Positions 17,341 to 26,578 of a stretch of DNA of 30,323 nucleotides are shown one piece after another. Source of the stretch: Promethearchaeota archaeon (GTDB lineage: Archaea; Asgardarchaeota; Lokiarchaeia; Sigyniarchaeales; SOKP01); contig RDOA01000045.1 of NCBI GenBank assembly GCA_011364925.1, positions 1 through 30,323 on the forward strand, in the 5' to 3' direction. Numbering within the stretch: the stretch's first letter is position 1; each line of letters starts with the position of its first letter. A program made the position numbers and the translations under genes. The notes beneath the pieces were generated by a model. That model worked only from the letters and a program-made list of their open reading frames with translations, did no database searches and had not been told where the DNA came from.

Positions 17341-18588
17341 ATGCAGTTTAAAACAAACAACAATTCGCTAACTTATCGATCTTGGCCAATTTTCTGTCTT
17401 GCGTTCATTAGACTGTTTTACGTATCGATTTTTGAAAGAGCACTTTATAATTACCTTTATTGGAATGTCGGGATTAGTTTAGACATTCTTGGATTTATAT
17501 CTTCTGCTGGGTCAATTGCTTATATCGTCGCTCCTATACTTGGACAATTTATCACTTCAAAGATTGGAATCCGTAATGCTCTAATATTTACTAGTATTAT
17601 AACCCCAATCTTAACGGGACTTCAGGTAATTTACACTGAAGCTTGGTTTTTAATACTCTGTCGCATATCCTTAGGACTTGTAATGGGATTATATTGGCCA
17701 AATTGCCTAAACCTGTTAAGTAGATGGCAAAAAATAAGTCCTCGTGAAATAGCAAAAAGGAATTTCAGAAATTTTAACTTTTCTTGGAACTCAGGCTTTA
17801 TAATTGGGCTTGCATTTGGTTTTGTATGGACTTTTTTATTGAACGATTACATCTCATTGATCCTTTCTTGGGGTTTGTCATTTTTACTAATCCCAATTAG
17901 TTTTTTCATAAATAAAGATTCTGTTATCCAAATCCCAAAGGAAGAAATTCAAATTCATTTAGAGAATCCTATAATTGAAGAAGATTTTAAAATGATAGCA
18001 AAAAGAAATTCCACCCCCACCATGATGAGTTTCCCAATTGTGTTTTCGTGGATTGGAATCATTTTCTTATCGACTTCGAAAAGTATTTTACTATTTACAT
18101 ACCCAGTTTTTGTAAAACTCAATTCTTTAGATTCACAATCAACCTATCTTGTTCAGGGAGGACTTCAATTGGCTCAACTATTTGGATTAACCTGGGTTAA
18201 TGGTATGAATGTTTACAAACGAAAAATCTCTTCTTTTATTGGCGTAATAGTTCTCATATTCATAGCAGTTACCATTTTCTTCATTGGAAATATCTGGTAC
18301 ATCGCGATTATATTTTCTTTTTCGGGACTTTTCTTAGGTCTAATCCATGGAACTTCAATGAAGATCATGCTTGATTATGGGGCGACAAGAAATACAGGAA
18401 GATACTCAACGATAAATGAAATAGTTATAGGTATTGGATTTGGTGTGACTCCTATTATAGCTGGCTTTATTGCAATAGTAAATTTATACATCATCTTTGT
18501 GTATATTGTCGCTACCGGGATTGTCTTTTTAATTATTTTGACATATCTCTCTCGAAATATAAAAAGATCGAAAAGAAATAGTGAATAA
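17341..18588 (+). CDS. MFS transporter
   Basis: 12 TM helices in two halves; motif-A-like GQFITSKIGIR; R..LG..G in TM4. Confidence 0.9.
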   Translation: MQFKTNNNSLTYRSWPIFCLAFIRLFYVSIFERALYNYLYWNVGISLDILGFISSAGSIAYIVAPILGQFITSKIGIRNALIFTSIITPILTGLQVIYTEAWFLILCRISLGLVMGLYWPNCLNLLSRWQKISPREIAKRNFRNFNFSWNSGFIIGLAFGFVWTFLLNDYISLILSWGLSFLLIPISFFINKDSVIQIPKEEIQIHLENPIIEEDFKMIAKRNSTPTMMSFPIVFSWIGIIFLSTSKSILLFTYPVFVKLNSLDSQSTYLVQGGLQLAQLFGLTWVNGMNVYKRKISSFIGVIVLIFIAVTIFFIGNIWYIAIIFSFSGLFLGLIHGTSMKIMLDYGATRNTGRYSTINEIVIGIGFGVTPIIAGFIAIVNLYIIFVYIVATGIVFLIILTYLSRNIKRSKRNSE

Positions 18589-18688
18589 GCATAGAGTTTT
18601 TACGTTTTTATCTTTATTTCAATTAATCTTTTATTTAAGCGGTCTTAAGTATTTATTAGATACATGAATGTGGTAGGAGATTATTAAA

Positions 18689-19201
18689 GTGACTTTATTT
18701 GATCAATTAAGTAAGCGTGAATTAAAAGAACTTCTCGTTAAGTGTTGGATGACTCACGATGGTTCGTGGTTTTATAATTGTGTTAAAGAATTTGATATTG
18801 AGACAGCAAACAAGCTAAACAAAGCATCAATTAAATCGCTCTCCCCAATTGAAGTACAAAGAATTATAAAAGCATTAGGGGAAGAAAATTTAAAGATAGA
18901 GACCTTTGATCAACTGAAAGAATTTATTACTAACGGCTTTTCCATCTTAAAAGGTGACTTTATGAAGTTTGAATATACTTTTCCTAAGCATAATGTAATG
19001 CATTGGGAAACAAAAAAATGCTTCGCTTATGAAGGTATGAAGAGAATCGGAGTAAAAGAGAAATACGAGTGTGGCCTATTATATCGTGTTAGGTGCTGGC
19101 TGGATAATGTAGGTGTTAAATATAAACTTGAACCCGAGATAAATGACTGTGTGCTATATACTCAAGATAAATGTGTCGGAGATATAATCTTTGAATTCTA
19201 A
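18689..19201 (+). CDS. DUF6125-like protein (V4R/ATC-hydrolase-like small-ligand fold)
   Basis: WMTHDGSWF motif and spaced Cys residues (KCFAY, YECG, DCV, KCV). GTG start with a GGAG RBS. Confidence 0.65.
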   Translation: MTLFDQLSKRELKELLVKCWMTHDGSWFYNCVKEFDIETANKLNKASIKSLSPIEVQRIIKALGEENLKIETFDQLKEFITNGFSILKGDFMKFEYTFPKHNVMHWETKKCFAYEGMKRIGVKEKYECGLLYRVRCWLDNVGVKYKLEPEINDCVLYTQDKCVGDIIFEF

Positions 19202-19329
19202 ATGTGTATCTGTCTATAAAAATATACTTACAGTTCATAACGATTTGAATTTAGAATAGAATTTATGAGCTGCAAATCGATGGTATTGATGTTTATCACG
19301 AAAAAAAAAAGAACAATCAAAACTGCTAA

Positions 19330-20121
19330 TTAAGGCTTTTGATTAATTAAATCATTCACTTCTATTTCCGGATGATGATATCGCTTCGTTTTTAGAGTTT
19401 TTTTTCCAAATTGAATGCATTCTTCTGGACAAAAATTAATGCAAGCTAGACATTGCTGGCATTTATGTTGCCATTGAGGTCTATTTTCAACCATAACGAT
19501 ATTGTTTACCGGACAGACTTTTACACAAATTTCGCAGCTAGTACAAGAGTCCTCAGAGTAGAACGATTTATCTGTCCCGTGAACATTTAATCTAAAGTCT
19601 TCGTTAAACTTCTCGCTCTTCACTCTTCGCTTATCAAAGAAACCTTCTTCCAGATTTGTTTCACTTTGCTTGATCGTAGTGATAATATTCTCAATCTTTT
19701 TCTCTGCTTCTCTAAAAAATTCTTTTTGACGCGATTCTGAATGAACATCATAGCTAATAACATAATTGTTGGGCATTAATAGGTAAAACCCAGCACTCAA
19801 CGATTTCGACTTATCATTTAAAATTGAGTTTATCTGGTTTAATGGAGTAGTATTAATATCTCCAGCGTAAGTTACAACTGCAAAGAAATAATTAGTTTTA
19901 GCTAAATCGATTTTACTTAGGAAATCATAGACGATCTTTGGTAAACCTGCGTAATAGAGTGGAAAAACAAAACCCACTTTTTCACTATGCGATAGTAAGT
20001 GATCATCTTCCCAAATCTTTGCGATAGGTACAAGTTCACAATCATTCAATCCCTCTGAAATTGATTTCGCAATTTTTAGCGAATTTCCCGTCCCTGTAAA
20101 GTAGTATATTGTCGTTTCCAT
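19330..20121 (-). CDS. EFR1-family ferrodoxin (flavodoxin-like N-terminus + 2x[4Fe-4S])
   Basis: IYYFTGTGNSL, GFVFPLY, MPNNY, CTSCEICVKVCP, CQQCLACINFCP and RYHHP. Confidence 0.92.
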   Translation of the reverse strand: METTIYYFTGTGNSLKIAKSISEGLNDCELVPIAKIWEDDHLLSHSEKVGFVFPLYYAGLPKIVYDFLSKIDLAKTNYFFAVVTYAGDINTTPLNQINSILNDKSKSLSAGFYLLMPNNYVISYDVHSESRQKEFFREAEKKIENIITTIKQSETNLEEGFFDKRRVKSEKFNEDFRLNVHGTDKSFYSEDSCTSCEICVKVCPVNNIVMVENRPQWQHKCQQCLACINFCPEECIQFGKKTLKTKRYHHPEIEVNDLINQKP

Positions 20122-20175
20122 ATATCAACAAGGATGTTAAGTTTTATAAGCTTTATTAATCCAAATTTGATTATC

Positions 20176-20742
20176 CTAGCGCTGGGAAGACATTATTAGC
20201 TTCCTTTTACGTTTTACAAAAAGTATAATTACAAATGTTATTCCTACAATCGAAATAATGAATGTTGGCAATGTAAAAGCAATGCTTGTTGCGTTTTCAT
20301 TTATCCAGTAATCATAACCAGCATTTATCCACGCATCAATTCCCCCTAACATGTTGAATACTTTTGAAAAATTATTCGCTACTAGAGTATTGCTTGCCTG
20401 TAAACTTCTGCTTCCACTTTTGCAATATACAATAATCTCTGTATCATTGTATAATGCAAGCTCAGCTAATCTTCCCCCAAGCTCAGCAACTGGGATTAGA
20501 ATTGCGTCATACAAATGATTTGTGTTATATTCTTCGATGGTTCTCACATCTAATACGAGTAAATCCGGATAGGTTGTTTTATCGTTTATCATATCATGCG
20601 CTTCTTGAACAGATATATCAGTCCGAACTTGAGCATTTACTGATCCAAATGAACTGAGAAGATAGAATTGGAGCAAGAATAAAGAAATAAAGAGTAGATA
20701 ATGGAAATTACTGCCTGATTTGTTTTTTTTTTTTAACAGCAT
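20176..20742 (-). CDS. Membrane-anchored extracellular rhodanese (sulfurtransferase)
   Basis: Signal peptide ending VNA-Q; LDVRT.EE...HL..AI.IP; active-site loop YCKSGSRS; GGIDAW; C-terminal TM plus KRKRK. Confidence 0.9.
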   Translation of the reverse strand: MLLKKKNKSGSNFHYLLFISLFLLQFYLLSSFGSVNAQVRTDISVQEAHDMINDKTTYPDLLVLDVRTIEEYNTNHLYDAILIPVAELGGRLAELALYNDTEIIVYCKSGSRSLQASNTLVANNFSKVFNMLGGIDAWINAGYDYWINENATSIAFTLPTFIISIVGITFVIILFVKRKRKLIMSSQR

Positions 20743-20937
20743 AAAAACACTTAATTGCTTTCTTTGAACTTTGGTTTATTTAAATTTCCACTTTATTTAT
20801 TTTTAATCGTATTTTATAAAAGAATTGAGTCTATTCTAAACCAAATTACTTTTAAATTCGATCCCGTTAATTATATTTATTGTTATTTCAAACTAAAGAT
20901 AAATTATTAAATTAATAATAATTCTCAGTGTTCAAAA

Positions 20938-21786
20938 ATGGTTAATGTAGAGGTTGTTGTAGGATTCATTATGATAATACTTATTGGAAGCGTAAGTTTA
21001 GTCGGACTATTTATGATTACAGTTAAAGAAAATATCCTAGATAGGATTCTAATTATTCTAGTAGCATTCGCTACTGGTACAATTCTTGCAACAGCATTAT
21101 TTGACTTAATTCCAGAGTCATTTCATCATCTTGAGGAATTAAATGCAAAAGGCGCAAATATTGCTGAAAATCTTTTGTTTATTTTTGTAATTCTTGGTTT
21201 CGTGATGTTCTTCGTCATTGAACGATTTATTTATTGGTTTCATGGACATGCACATGAAAAAGGTGAACAACTTGTTTGTTATACAGGTATAGACGAGGGG
21301 GATGGTTCATCATTAAAAAGAAGTTCTGGTGTCAAAGGGTTCGCACTTCTTAATCTATTCGGTGATGGTCTTCACAACTTCCTTGATGGGGTGATAATGA
21401 TGGTTTCATTCCTAAACGGGATTCCAAGTGGAATAATTGTGACGCTAGCAATATTTTTTCACGAATTTCCACAAGAAATTGGAGATTTTGGAATTCTCAT
21501 TTATGGCGGTTTTACAAAAAAGAAAGCACTTTTTTATAACTTTGTAAGTGGAATGATTGCTCTAATCGGGGGGTTATTAGCATTTATACTATCAGATGTG
21601 CTTGAATTATTTAGTTTCTTTTTTCTAGCTTTCTCTGGAGGAGGTTTTTTATATCTAGCGAGTACTGAACTTATGCCTGAATTAATTAAGGAGAAGAATT
21701 TAAAGAAATCAATAATTCAAGCTGTAATATTTTTATGCGGAATAATCTTGATAATATCTTTAATTCTCTTATTACCACACGAATAA
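20938..21786 (+). CDS. ZIP family zinc/divalent metal transporter
   Basis: AFATG, DLIPE, HGHAH loop, GDGLHNFLDG, HEFPQEIGDF and ELMPE. Confidence 0.95.
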   Translation: MVNVEVVVGFIMIILIGSVSLVGLFMITVKENILDRILIILVAFATGTILATALFDLIPESFHHLEELNAKGANIAENLLFIFVILGFVMFFVIERFIYWFHGHAHEKGEQLVCYTGIDEGDGSSLKRSSGVKGFALLNLFGDGLHNFLDGVIMMVSFLNGIPSGIIVTLAIFFHEFPQEIGDFGILIYGGFTKKKALFYNFVSGMIALIGGLLAFILSDVLELFSFFFLAFSGGGFLYLASTELMPELIKEKNLKKSIIQAVIFLCGIILIISLILLLPHE

Positions 21787-21948
21787 TCAATTTATAATGA
21801 GAAAAAAAATGTATCCGGGGTTCATCGTTTCTTTTTTATAATGTAAGGAAACTTATGAGAGTATTCAAAATACCCATGATAAAAAAGTTTCCACCGATGA
21901 GATTTAAGAATTTTTTTTGGGTTTTTTAATTAAATCGAATCAAAAAGA

Positions 21949-22692
21949 TTAATAACTTTCATTATCGTTTGAATCATTCTCGTTTTCTTTATTTTCTAGC
22001 TCTTCGGATTCAGGTTTAAAGATTGGTTTGGGTTCAGGCAAGGATTCATATAAACTCTTCGTTTCTAGTTCTGGCTCTGGTTCTGGTGTAGCTTGATATA
22101 GTGGTTGTGGTTCTGGCTCTGGTTCTGGTTTTGATATAGGTTCATATAATGGTTCTGGTTCTGGCTCTGGTTCTGGTTTTGATATAGGTTCATATAATGG
22201 TTCTGGTTCTGGTATAGGTTCATATAGTGGTTGTAGTTCTGGCTCTGGTTCTGGTTTTAGCTCCAGCTTTGGTTCTGATGAAAAAACCTTTTCAATAGTT
22301 GCTTGGGTTATCGTAAATGGATTACTTTCGGGTTGAATCATTTGAGGCCCAAGAAAAATACTCTTTGGTTTAATTTTTTTATTGTTAATTAAAACTTCAA
22401 CTTCAAAACTACCTGGGGTGAGGAAATCTAAACCGTCGATCTCCCCTTTTAGACTTGTATTCCACTCAATTGTTTGATTTCCAGTTCTCTTGATATTATC
22501 TTTAAATTCAGACTTTATTTTTTTAATAATTAAAACTTTAGATTGGCAATTTATCCTTCCTTGAAAAGCATGTTCTTTTTTTCCTTTAGTCGTCCATCTT
22601 AAGTGAAAACCGTCGTGGTGTTTCCATAATACATAACCTAAGAAACTCCCCGCGCTAAAGTCTGTGCGACCCTTGATTTCTTTTACATTCAT
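21949..22692 (-). CDS. Uncharacterised protein: beta-rich N-terminal domain plus a Pro/Glu repeat tail
   Basis: [17 protein letters not shown]...DGLDF domain followed by EPEPLYEP repeats. ATG 22692 (MNVKEI) preferred over 22740. Confidence 0.75.
   Translation of the reverse strand: MNVKEIKGRTDFSAGSFLGYVLWKHHDGFHLRWTTKGKKEHAFQGRINCQSKVLIIKKIKSEFKDNIKRTGNQTIEWNTSLKGEIDGLDFLTPGSFEVEVLINNKKIKPKSIFLGPQMIQPESNPFTITQATIEKVFSSEPKLELKPEPEPELQPLYEPIPEPEPLYEPISKPEPEPEPEPLYEPISKPEPEPEPQPLYQATPEPEPELETKSLYESLPEPKPIFKPESEELENKENENDSNDNESY
22067..22257. repeat. Coding tandem repeat: GGTTCT hexamer array with a 48-bp higher-order period
   Basis: Exact 48-bp period (copies start at 22109 and 22157; peptide [16 protein letters not shown]), flanked by degenerate copies. 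Confidence 0.9.
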
Positions 22693-22904
22693 ATTTATTC
22701 TTCTAAAATCATCTATTATTTCAGATAAAATAAGTAACATTTTGTTAATAAATATTTAGTAAACAAAAAAGTAAAGGAGACAAATTTTAGGATATTTATA
22801 TGTAGTTTGCATTATTTCCTCTCTTGATTAATATAATGTTAAAAATTGTGAATATTCAAAGAATTATAGAAGAAAATAAATAGTTTCTAAAGGTTACATG
22901 AATC

Positions 22905-23522
22905 GTGTCTAACGATATAAAAACCCTATTTCGGTTGAATAAATCAAATATAAAATTAGCTAGTGAGGTTGCTGCGAAAGCTTATTTTAAAGCAGATGAT
23001 TTTTCTTCATTCTCTACGGATCTCTCTAAAAGGTTGAAATATATAAAAAAGACAATGTATATGACTTTTAGCTATTCTCTGAGATTTGGCGAAGTATACG
23101 CAACATCTCAAAATTTTGAAGGTGTTGTCGCTTGGTTACCTTATAATTATACAAAAGTTCCAATTTGGCAATATATTCGATTTGGAATGATTCCGGTCCT
23201 TCTTGGAGTTGAAAAAAAAGTTCGAAAGCAACTTTTATTTTTTGATAAGCTGGCTAAAGAAAAACACAAGCAACACGCAAATTTTCCTCACCTATACCTC
23301 TATAATTTAGCCGTAGACCCGGATCATCAAGGTAAAGGATGGGCTAGTATTCTTTTGAATCCAAAGTTTGCTAAAGCAGATAAGCAACAATTACCTTGCT
23401 ACTTAGAAACTCATAAAAGAAATGTACCACTATACGAACATTTTGGATTCGAAGTTATCGAACACTTTTCTGTACCTGAATTTGACAACGATATGTGGTT
23501 GATGATGAGATTTAATAAATAA
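22905..23522 (+). CDS. GNAT family N-acetyltransferase
   Basis: LYLYNLAVDPDHQGKGWAS (motif A), PCYLET and NVPLYEHFGF. Confidence 0.92.
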   Translation: MSNDIKTLFRLNKSNIKLASEVAAKAYFKADDFSSFSTDLSKRLKYIKKTMYMTFSYSLRFGEVYATSQNFEGVVAWLPYNYTKVPIWQYIRFGMIPVLLGVEKKVRKQLLFFDKLAKEKHKQHANFPHLYLYNLAVDPDHQGKGWASILLNPKFAKADKQQLPCYLETHKRNVPLYEHFGFEVIEHFSVPEFDNDMWLMMRFNK

Positions 23523-23742
23523 TCAATTTTCTTATTTGATAAAAATTTAAGCTTTAAATATAAAACTGGTACAAAATCTATTAAATCTTGTGAAAATCGA
23601 TCTACTCTTAAATAAAAATTCCTTTTCTTTAAGATTATAGTTCATTTATTTACCATTTTCCTTTATTTAATACCCCTTGATAGTTTTAATTAGGTCCAAA
23701 TATGAAAAATACTATTATTATTATTTTTTGGAGGTAATAAAA

Positions 23743-23898
23743 ATTAAAGCATTAAAAGAAAGGAAATGGTTAGACGAGAATATATTGCTTTTGGAAAAGA
23801 ATCCAAAAGAATATTATAAAGGAGTTTTTAAAGAAATCGTAGAAGAAATTAAACATAACAGGAGATACCACAAAATTATCGAAACTATTCCTATTTAA
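23743..23898 (+). CDS. Small hypothetical protein (about 51 aa), probable ATT start
   Basis: GAGGT at 23731-23735, a 7-nt spacer, then ATT AAA GCA... (KALKERKWLDENILLLEKNPKEYYKG...). The extra N-terminus in the track (YYYYYF) looks non-coding. Confidence 0.5.
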   Translation: MKALKERKWLDENILLLEKNPKEYYKGVFKEIVEEIKHNRRYHKIIETIPI

Positions 23899-23937
23899 AT
23901 GTTCAATAAAACTATTTTATTGATTCTTTTTAGAGTT

Positions 23938-24510
23938 TTATCTTTGGTATTTAATTCCGTTTATCAGCGCTTCTTGATTTATAGCCTGAAATTCTCCTGA
24001 GAAATAATCCTTTAGTATCAATTCAATATCATTCTTTTCTATGGGTAAAAATTTTAGAATATAACCTAAGACGAATAGATTTGTAGTTTTCTGGTTTTTT
24101 GGAAAATTTTCGCTTGAAAGAAAATACAGATGATTTGAATAGTTTTTAAGTATATCAGAGATATCTTTATCAGACGGATATTTTGAGTCAAGAATTGCTT
24201 TCTTATATTCAGTAATTATAAATTTCGTGCTTTTGTTTGGATTAGCATACTGTAAAACATTTAGAATGCAACTTTTTTCGGTTGTTATTATCATTTCTGC
24301 TGATCCAATAATAGGTATTGGTGCAGCTATCATATCTCCAAAACGAAGGAAGCAAGTTACCATACCTCCTCTCTGACTAAGTCCATGTTTTTCAGAAGTC
24401 ATTACTTTATATCCTTTTCTTACTAAACTATCCCCTAATATTTGTAAAAGTTTAATTAAACCTTGTCCTCCTAAACCAGTAATTACAATCGTGTAATTAT
24501 TATAATTCAT
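23938..24510 (-). CDS. iorB: Indolepyruvate:ferredoxin oxidoreductase beta subunit
   Basis: ITGLGGQG, SEKHGLSQRGG.V...RFG and N..VLG. Overlaps iorA by 11 bp. Confidence 0.9.
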   Translation of the reverse strand: MNYNNYTIVITGLGGQGLIKLLQILGDSLVRKGYKVMTSEKHGLSQRGGMVTCFLRFGDMIAAPIPIIGSAEMIITTEKSCILNVLQYANPNKSTKFIITEYKKAILDSKYPSDKDISDILKNYSNHLYFLSSENFPKNQKTTNLFVLGYILKFLPIEKNDIELILKDYFSGEFQAINQEALINGIKYQR

Positions 24511-26455
24511 TTTCCTCTCCTCTCAATATTGCATTGTTTGGACATAAATCCTCGCAAATTCCACACCCTAAGCACTCATTTCGATTAATACATGCCTTAT
24601 TATCTTGTTCATATAGCGCAGAACAGCTAAATTGATCGTAGCAGATACCACAATTGGTACACAGTTTTTCGTCTACATACCTTATTTTCAATATATTATT
24701 TTCATTAAACTTTTGGATGCATTCATCTTCAATTAAAATTACATGCAATTCGCCATTTTCCAAGACATTAAGACTTTTCTCATAAATTAAATCCTTCAAT
24801 CTCTTAGGATAATTCTTAGTATTATGATCTTGACGCTTAATTATATTGAGTTTAGCGCCTGTACCTTCCAGAAATTTTTCTAAATCTATTTTATTTTTAT
24901 ATCGGCCTTCCTTGTAATACTTAGTATCACTTCCTGGATGGGGCTGTTGTCCAGTCATTCCAATCCACCCGTTATCTAAAATAAGAATTAAAATGGGTGC
25001 CTTATTATAAACTCCATTCAATAAAGCAGGTATTCCTGAATGGAAAAAGGTGCCATCGCCTATAATTGCTATATTCAAACTATCGTCAGTATGAGCGACT
25101 CCTTGTGCTAATGCAATACTTGAGCCCATACAATACTTCACATTAGCAAAAGAATACGGTGGAAAGGATAAAAGAGTGTAACATCCAATGTCTTGATAAA
25201 AGTAAACATTTTCAGGTTTTTTTGCACTCAGTTTCTTAAGCGACTCTCTTAATGCATATCCAATTACTCCGTATGGACAGCCAGGACATAAGACAGGTTT
25301 CCTTTTAACTGTATTATATTTATCATCTTTGATTTGATTAGCAATAATCTTATTAGGCAGATCTGTAATTTTTTCAAGAGCTTGAGCAATTTTAGTCGGA
25401 TTCAATTCTCCGACGAAGCTTAACAGCGAATTTTCTCTTGAATAAGAAAATGGATCTTTCCCATAGATTTTCGTTTGTAATTCGTTCTTTTGGGCAATAG
25501 CTAAAATTTGAGTTTCGAGGTAAGCATCGTTTTCTTCTACTACAAAAACATTCTTAAAACTCTTAATGAACTCTGCAATTTTTCTTTCAGGGAGAGGATG
25601 TATGAAACCTAGTTTTAGAATAGGTGCTTTAATTTGAAGGTGCTCAAGAGCTTCAAGTACATAACTAAACGACACTCCACTTGCGATAATACCTAACCCA
25701 TATTCATTTAAAGAATTCTCGGACATTATTTTGTTTAATGGACTATTTTCTGAAAGATTCAACGCTTGATTCATCCGAGTATAAATCTGCTCCTCCTTCA
25801 AATTCAAGAAATATAATCGAGATGCTACATTGACTTCAGGGGAAAGATCAAAATCATCCTTAATCTCAGAATGCATTAAATCTCCAAACTTTACATTACT
25901 CCTTGCATGGGAAACCATAGTCACCAATCTCAACATTACGGGGATTTTCAATTTTCTTGAAATTTCGAACGCATATTTGGTATATTCCAAACACTCCTGT
26001 GGATTACTCGGTTCCAAAGCAGGAATTTTGAATAATTTTAAATAATACCTAGAATCCATTTCTATAGCACTAGAATACTGCTGTGGGTCGTCTGCTACTA
26101 AAATAACACAAGCAGAATTCTCATTTTTAGGACGCGTTGTAGCAAGAGCGAATAACGGATCAGCCGCGACATTTAAGCCTGCATTTTTCATCCCGACCAT
26201 AACTTTTGCTCCGCGTGCGTACGCAGCACCAGCAACTTCAACAGCTACTTTTTCATTTATACTATTCTCCACCCATCTCATGCCCACTTCTCTATATAGT
26301 TTAGTAAATGCTTCGCCTACCTCTGAACTCGGAGTACCTGGATAGTAGGTATATACATCAATACCACTTTCTAAAGCGCCACGCACTATCGCCAAGTTAC
26401 CTAGTAGAAAATGTTCTTCACTAGCTCTACTTCTAATTAAATCAACATATTCCAT
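24500..26455 (-). CDS. iorA: Indolepyruvate:ferredoxin oxidoreductase alpha subunit
   Basis: LLGN.AIVRG, YPGTPSSE, NEKVA.E, GLNVAADP, ADDP, LCPGCP, DIGCY, TPP motif GDGTFFHSG...DN and a C-terminal 2x[4Fe-4S]. Confidence 0.95.
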   Translation of the reverse strand: MEYVDLIRSRASEEHFLLGNLAIVRGALESGIDVYTYYPGTPSSEVGEAFTKLYREVGMRWVENSINEKVAVEVAGAAYARGAKVMVGMKNAGLNVAADPLFALATTRPKNENSACVILVADDPQQYSSAIEMDSRYYLKLFKIPALEPSNPQECLEYTKYAFEISRKLKIPVMLRLVTMVSHARSNVKFGDLMHSEIKDDFDLSPEVNVASRLYFLNLKEEQIYTRMNQALNLSENSPLNKIMSENSLNEYGLGIIASGVSFSYVLEALEHLQIKAPILKLGFIHPLPERKIAEFIKSFKNVFVVEENDAYLETQILAIAQKNELQTKIYGKDPFSYSRENSLLSFVGELNPTKIAQALEKITDLPNKIIANQIKDDKYNTVKRKPVLCPGCPYGVIGYALRESLKKLSAKKPENVYFYQDIGCYTLLSFPPYSFANVKYCMGSSIALAQGVAHTDDSLNIAIIGDGTFFHSGIPALLNGVYNKAPILILILDNGWIGMTGQQPHPGSDTKYYKEGRYKNKIDLEKFLEGTGAKLNIIKRQDHNTKNYPKRLKDLIYEKSLNVLENGELHVILIEDECIQKFNENNILKIRYVDEKLCTNCGICYDQFSCSALYEQDNKACINRNECLGCGICEDLCPNNAILRGEENEL

Positions 26456-26578
26456 ATTTTTATCGAACTACTATCTTAATTAACCTATAATTATAGTATA
26501 CCTTTATTTGCATTAAGCTTTTATTACAATAAAAGAAAGTTTAAACATCAAAATGTACTAATGTGATAGGTGTTCTAA

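Noticed and set aside
20938-21900. Selenoprotein plus SECIS
   Set aside because: There is no in-frame UGA in the ZIP gene or its neighbour. Read-through of the UGA stops at 14415 and 29883 gives only short non-coding-looking tails.
22067-22257. CRISPR array
   Set aside because: The repeats are contiguous, in-frame coding units without unique spacers, and there are no cas genes.
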